This document shows, piece by piece, positions 47,711 through 57,175 of a stretch of 64,000 nt of DNA. Positions within the stretch are counted from its first letter, which is position 1; every line of letters starts with the position of its first letter. A program made the position numbers and the translations under genes. The stretch comes from Candidatus Hydrogenedentota bacterium (GTDB lineage Bacteria; Hydrogenedentota; Hydrogenedentia; Hydrogenedentales; SLHB01): assembly GCA_045863295.1 (NCBI GenBank), contig BTWA01000028.1, positions 5,274-69,273 of the forward strand. Reading direction: 5' to 3'. Under the pieces are notes generated by a model that saw only the letters and a program-made list of their open reading frames with translations, had not been told where the DNA came from and searched no databases.

Positions 47711-48862
47711 TCACGCAATCTCGCGGTAACATGCGGCGAGTTGGCGCGCGCTGGCGTCCCATGTGAGTTCATATGCGCGTTTAAGCCCCATTGCCGACCG
47801 GTTGGCATTTCCGTTGCTGTCTTTCCACATAGTGCAAATGCCCTCCATTATGGATTCGGTGCTGAGCGGATCGACGTACACGGCGGCACTTCCTGCCACT
47901 TCGGGCAGTGAAGAGCTTGACGCGGTCAGCACAGGCGTGCCGGCAGCCATGGCCTCCAGCACCGGCAGTCCAAATCCTTCGTAGAGCGAGGGATAAAGGC
48001 ATGCGTGCGCGCCTTTGAGCAGCGCAACGGCTTCGCGCCGGGACAAATATCCGGCGTGCAAAACACTGCCGTTTCGGCTTTGGGTTTCTATCGCGTCAAA
48101 GGTGCTCTCGGATTTCCAACCGCGCTTGCCTGCAAGCACAAGCGCTGGCAAATCGGGGAATCGTTCTCGCGCATGCACGTAAGCGGCAATCAGCCGCACA
48201 AGATTCTTGCGGGGCTCGATGGTTCCGAGATGGATGAAATAGGGGCCGGAAACACCTATACGCCGCAACGTTTCACTGAGGAATTCCGGACCGAAGTCTT
48301 CTGCAAACTCGGTGTTGTCAACCCCGTTGGGAATTGCGCGAATTCGATCAGCGGGTACATTCAGTATGTCCATCATTTCCTGTTTGCAGTGTTCGGAAAC
48401 GGTAACAATGATATCTGCCTCTCGAGCGCACTGGCGCAGCAAGGTCTTTTGAACGTCGATAGTACGGGGTGTATGTGTCTCTGGAACGCGGTAGCACGAA
48501 AGGTCGTGCACTGTAACAACGCGGACCGCTTTACTCGCGGCGGGAGTTTGATGGCAGAGGTTGTGGGCAATGCGCGCTGGGCCGGAGAACCATTCGATAG
48601 GTGGCCAGGAGAACCGGGTCCAGGCGTAGTATTTGAGAAGCCGGCTGTGACCGTATATGGCTTCACGCGTTGCGCTTGGAATTTTGCCTGACAGCATGGG
48701 GACGGCGTGGCGATCGCCAGTTGCAAAAATGCGGAGGTCCAGTTCCGGGTGCAGCCTCGCCAGCGCTTGAATTTGGAATAGAGCCGCATAACCGACGCCT
48801 GTCATAGGGGTCTCGGCGGCACAACTCATATCAAGAGCGACCGTGAGGGAGTTCATGTGCAC
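47711..48862 (-). CDS. Glycosyltransferase family 4 (GT-B, group 1)
   Basis: The C-terminal half carries the ...PSLYEGFGLPVLEAMAAGTPVLTASSSSLPEVAG... EX7E-type GT4 signature. Confidence 0.8.
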   Translation of the reverse strand: MHMNSLTVALDMSCAAETPMTGVGYAALFQIQALARLHPELDLRIFATGDRHAVPMLSGKIPSATREAIYGHSRLLKYYAWTRFSWPPIEWFSGPARIAHNLCHQTPAASKAVRVVTVHDLSCYRVPETHTPRTIDVQKTLLRQCAREADIIVTVSEHCKQEMMDILNVPADRIRAIPNGVDNTEFAEDFGPEFLSETLRRIGVSGPYFIHLGTIEPRKNLVRLIAAYVHARERFPDLPALVLAGKRGWKSESTFDAIETQSRNGSVLHAGYLSRREAVALLKGAHACLYPSLYEGFGLPVLEAMAAGTPVLTASSSSLPEVAGSAAVYVDPLSTESIMEGICTMWKDSNGNANRSAMGLKRAYELTWDASARQLAACYREIA

Positions 48863-48899
48863 CGCCTTCAGCGGCCTTGTTCAGGCGGACGCGCGGGAA

Positions 48900-49688
48900 T
48901 CATATGGGAGTGGCCCGTTGATCGCGCCGTGCATATGCAGGGTCAGCGGGCGAGGGTTCCTTGCTGGGACGCTCTTCCAGGATGTGCACAAGCGAGTCCA
49001 AATCCTCCCCATTCGGTTTGGGCTGCGCTTCGCGCTCAATGAGCTTGAAGGCGAGTTCCGTGGCACGCATCTGAATCTCTTCAGACGAGCCGTGCATCAT
49101 CTTTTGCAGCAGAACTTGTTTCAACGTTTCCTGGGTCAGTCCGGACGCTGGGGCGGCGGCATCACCGGCGGAGTATTGCGCGGGTCTTTGTACACGTACG
49201 ACAGTCGGCGGGGGATCCGGCACCGCAGGTTTATGTTCGAGCACGAGGCCGCGCGCAATGTTCATTGATATGACGCACTGTTGCCGCGCGGCGTCGATGT
49301 CGGAGTTGCCTGGATACTGAACCGATAGGTCATTAAAAAGGACTAGAGCCTCGGCATATCGCTTGTTGAAGTACAGGTCGACTGCTTCGGCGAAGCGCCT
49401 CTTGGCATCGTCGGTGGGCCGGTGCCCGTTGTGGGAGATCGATTCCTGGCGCGTAGCCTGAGGAGAGGCGGCCTCTCCCCCTACTGTGAATGCATGGCCG
49501 CAGGATGGGCACGAAACCGCACGCCCCAGCGGACGGCCAGGCGCGACAGGCGTTTTCACCGGCACTGCACTTTCCTTGGTGATGGCAATGGTCTGGCCGC
49601 AGCCTGGACACAGGCCCATCTTGCCCAAGGCGGACTGGGGTACTTGAATGCGTTCGCCGCAACTGCATATGACCATCAAGCGTCGCAT
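48900..49688 (-). CDS. Hypothetical protein with two N-terminal zinc-ribbon motifs and a TPR-like helical region
   Basis: CSCG...CPGCG and CPSCG Cys pairs within the first 70 aa. A TPR-like segment (...YFNKRYAEALVLFNDLSVQYPGNSDIDAARQQ...) follows. Confidence 0.45.
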   Translation of the reverse strand: MRRLMVICSCGERIQVPQSALGKMGLCPGCGQTIAITKESAVPVKTPVAPGRPLGRAVSCPSCGHAFTVGGEAASPQATRQESISHNGHRPTDDAKRRFAEAVDLYFNKRYAEALVLFNDLSVQYPGNSDIDAARQQCVISMNIARGLVLEHKPAVPDPPPTVVRVQRPAQYSAGDAAAPASGLTQETLKQVLLQKMMHGSSEEIQMRATELAFKLIEREAQPKPNGEDLDSLVHILEERPSKEPSPADPAYARRDQRATPI

Positions 49689-49722
49689 GGTCTACACGCG
49701 GATCCTCATTGAGTTGGCCGGT

Positions 49723-51489
49723 TCAACGACGGCCCAGAAAACGCAACAAAGCTTCCACCATCATTTTCTGCTCGTCTTGTCCCGGTACGTCCATAATATC
49801 GGGCAACGAATTGGTATCTCGCACGGGAGCATCCGATCCATCCAAATCGACAGAGGCGGCCATCGGGGCATTCGCCGCAAGGGCGTCGGTAGGATGCAAG
49901 CTCTCGATAGCGTGGTTCAGGCGTTGCACTTCCCGGCCTTTGGCATCTACTTCACCCCGGGCATTTTCCAATTCAATCGAGAGTCGCTCAATTTCGAACT
50001 GGCGGTCTTTGACCTCGGCCTGCAATGTTTCGATCGTTTCCTGACGCCTACGTGCCTCTCCCAATGCGTGTTCGGTCCGTTCCTCCGCATCTCGCAGATG
50101 CTCTTCAAGTTGCCTCAACGTCGACGCACGATCCAGATCCCGGTCTTCCGCGTCTTTCAGGGATTGCTGAAATGTTTCTCGATCCCCGGTGAGTTCCACT
50201 ACTTGATCACGCAGAATATTCATGTCCAGCGCGTTGGTACGGCAGGTGTCGCGAAGTGTGTCGACCTCCTGCCGGGTACGGCGCAATTCGTCTTCGAAGG
50301 CTGCCTTTTCGAGACGGATAACTTCCACTTCCTGGCGAAGTTCATCGAGCTTGGCTTCCGCTGCGTCAGCCCTTTCGTCCGCCTGATGCACCTCGGCGGC
50401 GCGTTCCGCCGCAATACCTTTCAGTGTGGCGTGCTCGTTGTTCAAAAGCTCTAGTTCGCTTTCCAAAGAGCGCAACCGCTCCGCCGTATCGTCGGCGGCG
50501 ATTCGCACAGAATCACGCGAGTCTTCCAAGCGCTGAATATCGGTTTGAAGCATTCGAATCTGTTCGTCTTTGGCGGCGGACGCCATGCGGCTTTCAATCA
50601 AGACGTTATTCAGATTCTCATTCTCGGCTTCCTTCTGTTCGATCTCGGCTTGCAACAAGTCGATCGACTGGCGAAGCCCGTCCAATTCGCGGCTCAACCG
50701 ATCGCGGTCGGCCAATGCACCGGCGGACTCTGTCTGGTCCTCATCACTGGCCTCCAGTGCATCCTGCAATTGGCGACGGAGTTCTTCGGTTTGTGCCGCC
50801 GATTGGTTCAGCTCTTCCAACAACCGGTCTACTTCACGCGTTTTGGCACGAAGTTGATCCTGTAGTTCTTCAACATGACCGATGCTTTCCGGGACCGGTG
50901 CAACGGCCATTGGCTCCAGGGCGTTTGCACGGGCCGCCAAAAGCGCCGATTCGAGTTCGGACACTTTGGATTCGGCATTTCGTACCGATTGGTCCGCCGC
51001 TGCTATTTCCGCCTCAAAATCTTCCATTCGACGAGCCGACTGAAGCGCCTTATCCTCCAGTTCGCGGACTTGCCGCTCGAACCGGGAGGCCGCTTCACGC
51101 GATTGGTCCAGATCGGCCCGGAGGCCCTCGGACCTTTTTTCGGATTCTGCCAGAGCGGCTTTCAGTTGACTGATTTCGCGCTCCAGATCGAACCCGGGAG
51201 TTGCGCTTTTGAGTGGCGCGGCCGGTTTGGCCGGCAGGGTTGCGGCGGATGGCTTTGCAGGCGGTTTGGCAAAGGTAGCCGGAGACTTGGCTGTACTTAC
51301 GGAGGTAGACTCGGGCTTTCCCAGGTCCATGGGAACGAGCACCACCCGTTTACATCTGCGGCACCAAGTGTGTTTTCCCACATTATCGGCATCAACAACC
51401 AATATTGACGAACATCGGGGGCATTCGAATGTGAGAGCTTTCTCGGGGTGTTCCATTCGGGCCATGGGTGGTATTCCAATCGTCTTCAT
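49723..51489 (-). CDS. Hypothetical zinc-ribbon + long coiled-coil protein (SMC/cytoskeletal-like)
   Basis: 588 aa. N-terminus has a CPRC...CRRC zinc ribbon, then an Ala/Pro/Lys-rich linker, then about 400 aa of heptad-rich E/R/L/A coiled coil. Ends with a short conserved-looking tail (...MMVEALLRFLGRR). Confidence 0.5.
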   Translation of the reverse strand: MKTIGIPPMARMEHPEKALTFECPRCSSILVVDADNVGKHTWCRRCKRVVLVPMDLGKPESTSVSTAKSPATFAKPPAKPSAATLPAKPAAPLKSATPGFDLEREISQLKAALAESEKRSEGLRADLDQSREAASRFERQVRELEDKALQSARRMEDFEAEIAAADQSVRNAESKVSELESALLAARANALEPMAVAPVPESIGHVEELQDQLRAKTREVDRLLEELNQSAAQTEELRRQLQDALEASDEDQTESAGALADRDRLSRELDGLRQSIDLLQAEIEQKEAENENLNNVLIESRMASAAKDEQIRMLQTDIQRLEDSRDSVRIAADDTAERLRSLESELELLNNEHATLKGIAAERAAEVHQADERADAAEAKLDELRQEVEVIRLEKAAFEDELRRTRQEVDTLRDTCRTNALDMNILRDQVVELTGDRETFQQSLKDAEDRDLDRASTLRQLEEHLRDAEERTEHALGEARRRQETIETLQAEVKDRQFEIERLSIELENARGEVDAKGREVQRLNHAIESLHPTDALAANAPMAASVDLDGSDAPVRDTNSLPDIMDVPGQDEQKMMVEALLRFLGRR

Positions 51490-51548
51490 GTTGGCCGCAT
51501 TATATCACTTCCAACGCATAACTGTATATTGTGTATTTTGACTTCAAT

Positions 51549-52334
51549 TCAGGGAATCAACCCAAGCAGTTGCGAGTGCACGTGCCCGTTTGTGATGGCG
51601 ATGCCCTGCCGTCCCGACAGTGTCTGGACCGATGAGCCGTCCAATTTGGAACTACTGCCGCCAGCTTCTTCGGCAATGAGCATGGCGGCGGCGAAATCCC
51701 ACGGATTCAGACCCACGTGAACGTAAATATCACTGTCGCCTGTCGCAATAGAGCAAATACCAATCACCGCCGCACAATAACACCGGACCTGGCCCACCTG
51801 TTCCATGAGCGGGCGGAACGTATCCACTGTAGCGGCTCTGTCCCGTTGAACAGAGAAATCGATTTCGGCGCGCGCCATGGTCAGGTCCGTGACGTTGGAC
51901 ACGTGTAACCGCTGGCCATTGCGCGTTGCGCCGGCGCCCCGCTCGGCCAGGAAGAGCGTCTCCTGCATAGGTACCAGGACACCGCCCGCGGCCACTTCCC
52001 CATCTTGGCAAAAGGCAATCGACACGCCGAATGCGGGGAATAGACTGCGGACGAAATTCTGGGTGCCGTCAATGGGGTCAATCAGCCAGACCCGTCCGGC
52101 ATTTTGGTGGGGCAATTCATGTAGGCCGGACTCTTCGCCGACGATGATGTCGTCGGGGTATTCGTCGCGGATGCGCGCGACGATGCGCTCCTGGACTGCC
52201 AGGTCCACTTCCGTCAGCATATCGTTGGGGTCTATTTTGTGGGATATGTGCACTTCGTGCCGGGCATTGTACCGGTCACGAACGTATTCAGAGACCGCCC
52301 TCAATTCCGCTTCGATGAATGCTATTTCTGTCAA
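51549..52334 (-). CDS. Inositol monophosphatase family (SuhB/ImpA-like)
   Basis: Motifs ...VGEESG..., ...WLIDPIDGTQNFV... and ...GGSSSKLDG.... Confidence 0.8.
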   Translation of the reverse strand: MTEIAFIEAELRAVSEYVRDRYNARHEVHISHKIDPNDMLTEVDLAVQERIVARIRDEYPDDIIVGEESGLHELPHQNAGRVWLIDPIDGTQNFVRSLFPAFGVSIAFCQDGEVAAGGVLVPMQETLFLAERGAGATRNGQRLHVSNVTDLTMARAEIDFSVQRDRAATVDTFRPLMEQVGQVRCYCAAVIGICSIATGDSDIYVHVGLNPWDFAAAMLIAEEAGGSSSKLDGSSVQTLSGRQGIAITNGHVHSQLLGLIP

Positions 52335-52513
52335 GTGAGTACCGCCTCTCTGCCTTTGCCGCTCACGTTGTTCGCGTTGGCGGGCAACAATTCGAATCCA
52401 GTTTGCATTTATTTAGTCTCCGTCGAGATTGATGGGGACGTTCCCTGGCTGCCCGGATTCTGGATCGTTGTCGATAGGCACGACTGACATCCCTGTGCGC
52501 GTTACGCGCGCGT

Positions 52514-53245
52514 TCACGTATGCGATGCGGCGCGCTGTTGGTGGCGGACACCGGCCGCACCGGCAATGATGACGTCCGTGGCGATACCAAGAAAGAGCCC
52601 GTGGCCCACGAGACCCGCAATGGCATCGAGTTCACCTGCGAGCCCTTTGAGATCGGGAATCGGCCCGAATCTGCCGTCCAGAATCAGGTTGCCCTGGTCG
52701 CTGAGAAAGGGTTTTCCGTCGGCGCCTTGACGGACAGTGACCTCTTTGGCAAGCGCGGCAATGCGTTCGCGCACGGGCCTCAACGCGAAGGGAATGACTT
52801 CGATGGGCACGGGAAACAAGGTGCCCAGCCGGGGCGAACACTTGCTTTCATCTACCACGATAATGACGCGCTTCGATGCACTTGCCACGATCTTTTCGCG
52901 TATTAGTGCGCCGCCGCCGCCTTTGATGACATTCAGATCGGGGTCGATTTCATCGGCGCCGTCTATGGTCAGATCCACGTGGGGATGGTGCTCTAGTGTG
53001 GTCAGGGGCACCCCCAGTTTTTCAGCTTCGCCCTGCACAAACAGCGAACAAGGCACACCGCGAATATCTTTGAGTTCGCCGGTTAGAATGCGTGCCGCAA
53101 TGCGCCGAATTGCATGAATTGCCGTTGAACCGTGGCCCAAGCCCACGATCATACCGTCACGCACCGAGTCCACCGCCTGTTCGGCCGCCTGCTTTTTGTA
53201 AAAGTCTTTTGGATCCATTGCCTGTTGCATCGTACCCTTGCTCAT
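52514..53245 (-). CDS. rpiA: Ribose-5-phosphate isomerase A
   Basis: ...DGMIVGLGHGSTA..., ...DLTIDGADEIDPDLNVIKGGGGALIREK... and ...GLVGHGLFLGIA... match RpiA throughout. The start may be an internal Met near residues 6-10. Confidence 0.85.
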   Translation of the reverse strand: MSKGTMQQAMDPKDFYKKQAAEQAVDSVRDGMIVGLGHGSTAIHAIRRIAARILTGELKDIRGVPCSLFVQGEAEKLGVPLTTLEHHPHVDLTIDGADEIDPDLNVIKGGGGALIREKIVASASKRVIIVVDESKCSPRLGTLFPVPIEVIPFALRPVRERIAALAKEVTVRQGADGKPFLSDQGNLILDGRFGPIPDLKGLAGELDAIAGLVGHGLFLGIATDVIIAGAAGVRHQQRAASHT

Positions 53246-53282
53246 TGGCTCAAAAAAGAAAAATGCGCCGCCTTAGGCACGC

Positions 53283-53360
53283 ATCGGGAGTTCCAAACCG
53301 GGAAGCGAACCGAATGGTAGCGAAGCCGGGGCTGGAATTCCAGCCGATGGTCTCGCGGTT
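53283..53360. repeat. Nested inverted repeats (structured element) in the divergent rpiA / membrane-protein intergenic region
   Basis: Outer arms gggaagcgaaccg ... cggttcacttccc (13 bp with 1 mismatch). Inner perfect palindrome ggctggaattccagcc. A D-loop-like AATGGTAG is present, but the element does not fold as a canonical tRNA. Confidence 0.3.
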
Positions 53361-53475
53361 CACTTCCCGTCCGTGCGCCAGGCGGATTATGATCTGCGAA
53401 GCCCATCGGGATACGTTGATGCGGACGTCGATCTTCGGTACAGTCGCGGACATACCCATGTTGCGGAGACTAGCG

Positions 53476-53922
53476 ATGACTGTACAGACAGGCGGAAGGC
53501 AGGTCCTTGTCCACGGGCTGGCGCTGATACTCGCCGGGTTGCTTTGGGGCATGTGTGTTCCATTGACGCCGTATCCGAGGCTTGCGCTGGGCGCCCACAT
53601 CCAATTTAATGTCAACGGCATGTTGCTTATTCTGCTGTCGCTCGTGCTGACCAAGGTACCCAACCGTTCCGGAGCCGGGACTGCCGGGGCCATGGTTTTT
53701 ACAGCCTGGATGACCTGGCCGATGGCGTTGTCGGAAGTGGCGAATGCATGGTGGGGAACGAGACAAGTCCTACCTATTGCGGCGGAGCAGGCGGGCGCTA
53801 GCGGGGGCGCGACATGGCAAGAACTCATTGTGACTGCGTGCCACATCCCCGGGTCGATTGGTTTGATTCTCACAGTGGGACTGTTGTTGTCGGGCGTTCT
53901 AAGACAAGTTGACCCGGGATGA
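53476..53922 (+). CDS. Hypothetical small polytopic membrane protein (about 4 TM)
   Basis: ATG at about 53476 with GGAG 8 nt upstream. MTVQTGGRQVLVHGLALILAGLLWGM... is highly hydrophobic. The upstream part of the listed ORF overlaps rpiA and was discarded. Confidence 0.45.
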   Translation: MTVQTGGRQVLVHGLALILAGLLWGMCVPLTPYPRLALGAHIQFNVNGMLLILLSLVLTKVPNRSGAGTAGAMVFTAWMTWPMALSEVANAWWGTRQVLPIAAEQAGASGGATWQELIVTACHIPGSIGLILTVGLLLSGVLRQVDPG

Positions 53923-54103
53923 GGAGTGCGTGGCCACTGGCAAGAGCGGAAGCGGTCAACACACAAAACTAGATTTCGTAGAGCCACTTTCATTCACCGG
54001 CCGATTTGACAACCGCGCGAGTCCGAATGAGAATGAGATTATTGGCGCCGCTCGCGGAGTTTTCCGCGGATGTACACATTCATTGCGAGGGGGAAATCGA
54101 ATC

Positions 54104-54550
54104 GTGAAACCGAGTGACGAGATTCGCAATCCGTCGCTATTCTCGATCCAACTCGTCGCGGGCTGTATCATTACGATGATTTTTGTCTATGTGGCGGCCG
54201 GTTGGGGATTGATCGCCACAGGGGTAATTCCGAAAGAGGGGCTGGGCGACCTCAGTCCGAGCGCATACACCACGCTGTCACTAGTGTTTGTGGCAATAGG
54301 TCTGCCGATCATTGGGGCATCGTTTCCGATCAAGCGCGCGCTTCAAACCAAGATTTCGGCGAGAAATGGTACGGGTCCATCCAATGCAAGCGCCATTGCA
54401 GTTGCTATTGCGATCTGCGAGGCACCCGCCTTGTTCGGGTTCACCTTGGCAATGCTGGGCGGAATTACACCTTACTGCTGGGTGCTCTGGTCATTGAGCT
54501 TCGCCGCGTCCATCTTACATTTCCCGTTGCGGATGCCTGAGCGGCCATAG
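54104..54550 (+). CDS. Hypothetical small polytopic membrane protein (about 4 TM)
   Basis: GTG at about 54104 with GGGGGAAA upstream. VKPSDEIRNPSLFSIQLVAGCIITMIFVYVAAGWGLIATG... The start is uncertain. Confidence 0.4.
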   Translation: MKPSDEIRNPSLFSIQLVAGCIITMIFVYVAAGWGLIATGVIPKEGLGDLSPSAYTTLSLVFVAIGLPIIGASFPIKRALQTKISARNGTGPSNASAIAVAIAICEAPALFGFTLAMLGGITPYCWVLWSLSFAASILHFPLRMPERP

Positions 54551-54564
54551 TAGGAGAATCATCC

Positions 54565-55683
54565 ATGTGCTCATTGATTTCCATGATCTTCATCAGCGCC
54601 GCCGCGGGCGCGACCGCCGCAACCGGCACGGGCGATCGTTGGGTGAATCCCGCGGTCACTCCACTTGAATGCACGCGCAACGGCACTTTTTTCCAGCGAT
54701 CGGACGGTTCGCTGTTGACCATTGAGTCGGGACAAGTCAGGGCAAGCACGGATGGCGGTGTTTCCTGGACGCCCGTTGGCGTTCCGTTCGATGCAGGCGC
54801 CCAATTTGAGCATGTGGGCCATGTGGGCCAGTTTATGCAAATGCGAGATGGTTCATGGGTGGTTGTATATCTCGATATGGCCCATATCAACTGGGGCTGG
54901 AATGATGAACGAGGCGAACCAAACCCCGATGTGAAGCTCGAGATGTGGTCTGTACGGAGCAAGGACGAAGGCACGACGTGGATAGATAAGCAGCGCGTCC
55001 TGGATGGATACAATGCGGATTTTATGGGCTTTATCGAAACAAGGGACGGCCGCTTGGTCGCCTCGGTCGAACATTTGGATCCGAACATCAAGCGATGGGT
55101 CGCGATGTCACTGTGGTCAGACGATGGTGGGGTTACCTGGAACAAGAGCAATGTGATTGATTTGGGCGGCCATGGTCACCACGACGGCGCCCTGGAACCG
55201 TCCGTCGTGGAATTGAAAGACGGCCGATTAATGATGTGGATACGCACGAACCATGATTACTTCTGGAAGGCGTATTCGAACGACGGCGGTCGCAATTGGC
55301 GTCACGTGGAGCGAAGCACGGTTGAAGCGAGTAGTGCTCCCGCGTGGTTAGGCCGAATGGCTAGCGGCCGCCTCGGCCTACTGTGGAATCCCGCTAAAGC
55401 GGAAGGCGCCACGGTAATCGATCGCCGGCCTCCTGGACCGGGCCACGCCAATCCGACATCCTGGTTTCGGGAAGAACTCTGTATTGCGTTTTCCGATGAC
55501 GACGGCGAGACATGGTCTAAACCGGTTGTAATTGCGCGGCAGCCAAAAGGGCAGCTGTCGTACCCGTACTTTCTTGAACGGGCGCCTGGGGAACTGTGGG
55601 TGTTTACCCGGTACACGTTTATGCCGGGCGGCGCGGCGGCGCCGCTGCAGGTGCGGCTGAAGGAACAGGATTTTGTGAAATAA
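54565..55683 (+). CDS. BNR/Asp-box repeat protein, sialidase/GH33-like beta-propeller
   Basis: Five Asp-box (S-x-D-x-G-x-T-W) repeats: STDGGVSW, SKDEGTTW, SDDGGVTW, SNDGGRNW, SDDDGETW. Confidence 0.7.
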   Translation: MCSLISMIFISAAAGATAATGTGDRWVNPAVTPLECTRNGTFFQRSDGSLLTIESGQVRASTDGGVSWTPVGVPFDAGAQFEHVGHVGQFMQMRDGSWVVVYLDMAHINWGWNDERGEPNPDVKLEMWSVRSKDEGTTWIDKQRVLDGYNADFMGFIETRDGRLVASVEHLDPNIKRWVAMSLWSDDGGVTWNKSNVIDLGGHGHHDGALEPSVVELKDGRLMMWIRTNHDYFWKAYSNDGGRNWRHVERSTVEASSAPAWLGRMASGRLGLLWNPAKAEGATVIDRRPPGPGHANPTSWFREELCIAFSDDDGETWSKPVVIARQPKGQLSYPYFLERAPGELWVFTRYTFMPGGAAAPLQVRLKEQDFVK

Positions 55684-55766
55684 TTGCGCATAGACTCGCA
55701 CATTTGGGCCATGAATCCAGTGTGGGTATTTGCGCATCTCCCGTTCGTTTTGAGTAGGTACATGTA

Positions 55767-57071
55767 ATGAAGAAGACTGAGTCCGTTCGGTGGAGTCTCA
55801 TGGCACTGTGTTGCTTCGTCACGGTGGCGGGGGCTGTCGCGGACCGATACGATGAACCGCCGATTGAGTACAGCAAGGCCGACGATAGCAATGCCGTGTC
55901 CCAAATGGCGGCCGATTTGGCCGATGGCACGCTGGTTCTGGAACGGAGTGCTCCGTTTGGATATCTGAAGCCGTTGCTGGCGTACCTGGGAGTGCCGCAG
56001 GAGTCTCAAGTGCTGGTTTTCTCCAAAACCAGTCTCCAGACCCGATTCATTTCGCCCGATAGCCCTCGCGCTATTTACTTTAATGACGACATCTATGTCG
56101 GGGCCGTGAAGTACAGCGGCACAATAGAGATTTCGACGGCGGACCCGAAACTTGGAACGGCATTCTACACGCTCTCAGAACACGAATCGGGCCGGCCCAT
56201 GATAACTCGTCAAACCGACAACTGTCTGCAATGTCACGCGTCCACCCTTACCGACGGATTTCCGGGGCACATAGTACGATCTGTTTATCCCGATGCCGAG
56301 GGCTTTCCCATTTTGCAGGCGGGCACCCATGTCACGACGCATGAGAGCCCATTTGTTGAGCGCTGGGGCGGCTGGTATGTCACCGGAACGCACGGAAGCA
56401 TGCGGCACATGGGCAATTCGATTGCCGTTCCCACCGAGTACGCTGCGGAAATCGATACCGAGGCGGGAGCAAACAGAACTGATCTGACACACGTGGCGGA
56501 TCTGGGAGATTACCTGACCCCACACAGCGACATTGTCGCCCTGATGGTTCTTGAACATCAGACACGAATGCATAACTTGATGACGTCCGCGGATTTCGAA
56601 ACCCGTCTCGCCTTGCGTGATCAGGCCATCATGGACGAGGCGCTCAATCGGTCTGGCGGTGAGCTGAGCGAATCCACGCAACGCCGGATTGCAAGCGCCG
56701 GATCCAAGCTGGTTGACTACTTGCTGTTCGCGAGGGAGGTGCCCCTGAAAAGTGCCATCGCTGGAACGTCGGGGTTCGCGGAGTGGTTCACAGCCCAAGG
56801 TCCACGAGACAGCCTTGGCCGTTCCGTGCGCGAGTTTGATCTCCGGACCCGCCTGTTCAAGTATCCGTTAAGTTACCTCATATATTCTGCGCAATTCGAT
56901 GCACTACCTGTGGAAATGAGAGAATACGTTTATGCTCGGCTGTGGGGCATCCTTACTGGCGGGGCCGATGCAGAACGCTACCCCCATTTGGATGAAGGAA
57001 CGCGCAAGGCTATCCGCCAAATCCTGGCGGAAACCAAGACAAACCTTTCCAGCCATTGGAAAGCTGATTAA
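55767..57071 (+). CDS. Secreted protein with a single c-type heme-binding motif (putative cytochrome c-family protein)
   Basis: Signal peptide MKKTESVRWSLMALCCFVTVAGAVA. CXXCH in ...TRQTDNCLQCHASTLTDGFPGH.... No further domain recognised. Confidence 0.5.
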   Translation: MKKTESVRWSLMALCCFVTVAGAVADRYDEPPIEYSKADDSNAVSQMAADLADGTLVLERSAPFGYLKPLLAYLGVPQESQVLVFSKTSLQTRFISPDSPRAIYFNDDIYVGAVKYSGTIEISTADPKLGTAFYTLSEHESGRPMITRQTDNCLQCHASTLTDGFPGHIVRSVYPDAEGFPILQAGTHVTTHESPFVERWGGWYVTGTHGSMRHMGNSIAVPTEYAAEIDTEAGANRTDLTHVADLGDYLTPHSDIVALMVLEHQTRMHNLMTSADFETRLALRDQAIMDEALNRSGGELSESTQRRIASAGSKLVDYLLFAREVPLKSAIAGTSGFAEWFTAQGPRDSLGRSVREFDLRTRLFKYPLSYLIYSAQFDALPVEMREYVYARLWGILTGGADAERYPHLDEGTRKAIRQILAETKTNLSSHWKAD

Positions 57072-57175
57072 AGTAGGGCGATAGCTTCGCCTATGCCATT
57101 CGTTGCAGGGTGCTTCCGCAAATCGTTACACTCGCGCAAAGAGGCGGAACGCTGTATACACGGGGGAGGCATCCC

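Noticed and set aside
53283-53360. Possible tRNA gene (D-loop-like AATGGTAG, 6/7-bp terminal stem)
   Set aside because: Neither strand yields a T-arm with a 5-bp stem or a 7-nt anticodon loop. The internal palindrome has a 4-nt loop. Kept only as a structured repeat.
53250-53993. 247-aa minus-strand ORF
   Set aside because: It is antisense to the hydrophobic, well-initiated plus-strand membrane-protein gene. Its translation is low-complexity and Ser/Pro/Arg-rich, which is typical of the opposite strand of GC-rich coding DNA.
54465-55151. 228-aa minus-strand ORF
   Set aside because: It is antisense to the BNR-repeat gene, whose five Asp-boxes make the coding strand certain.
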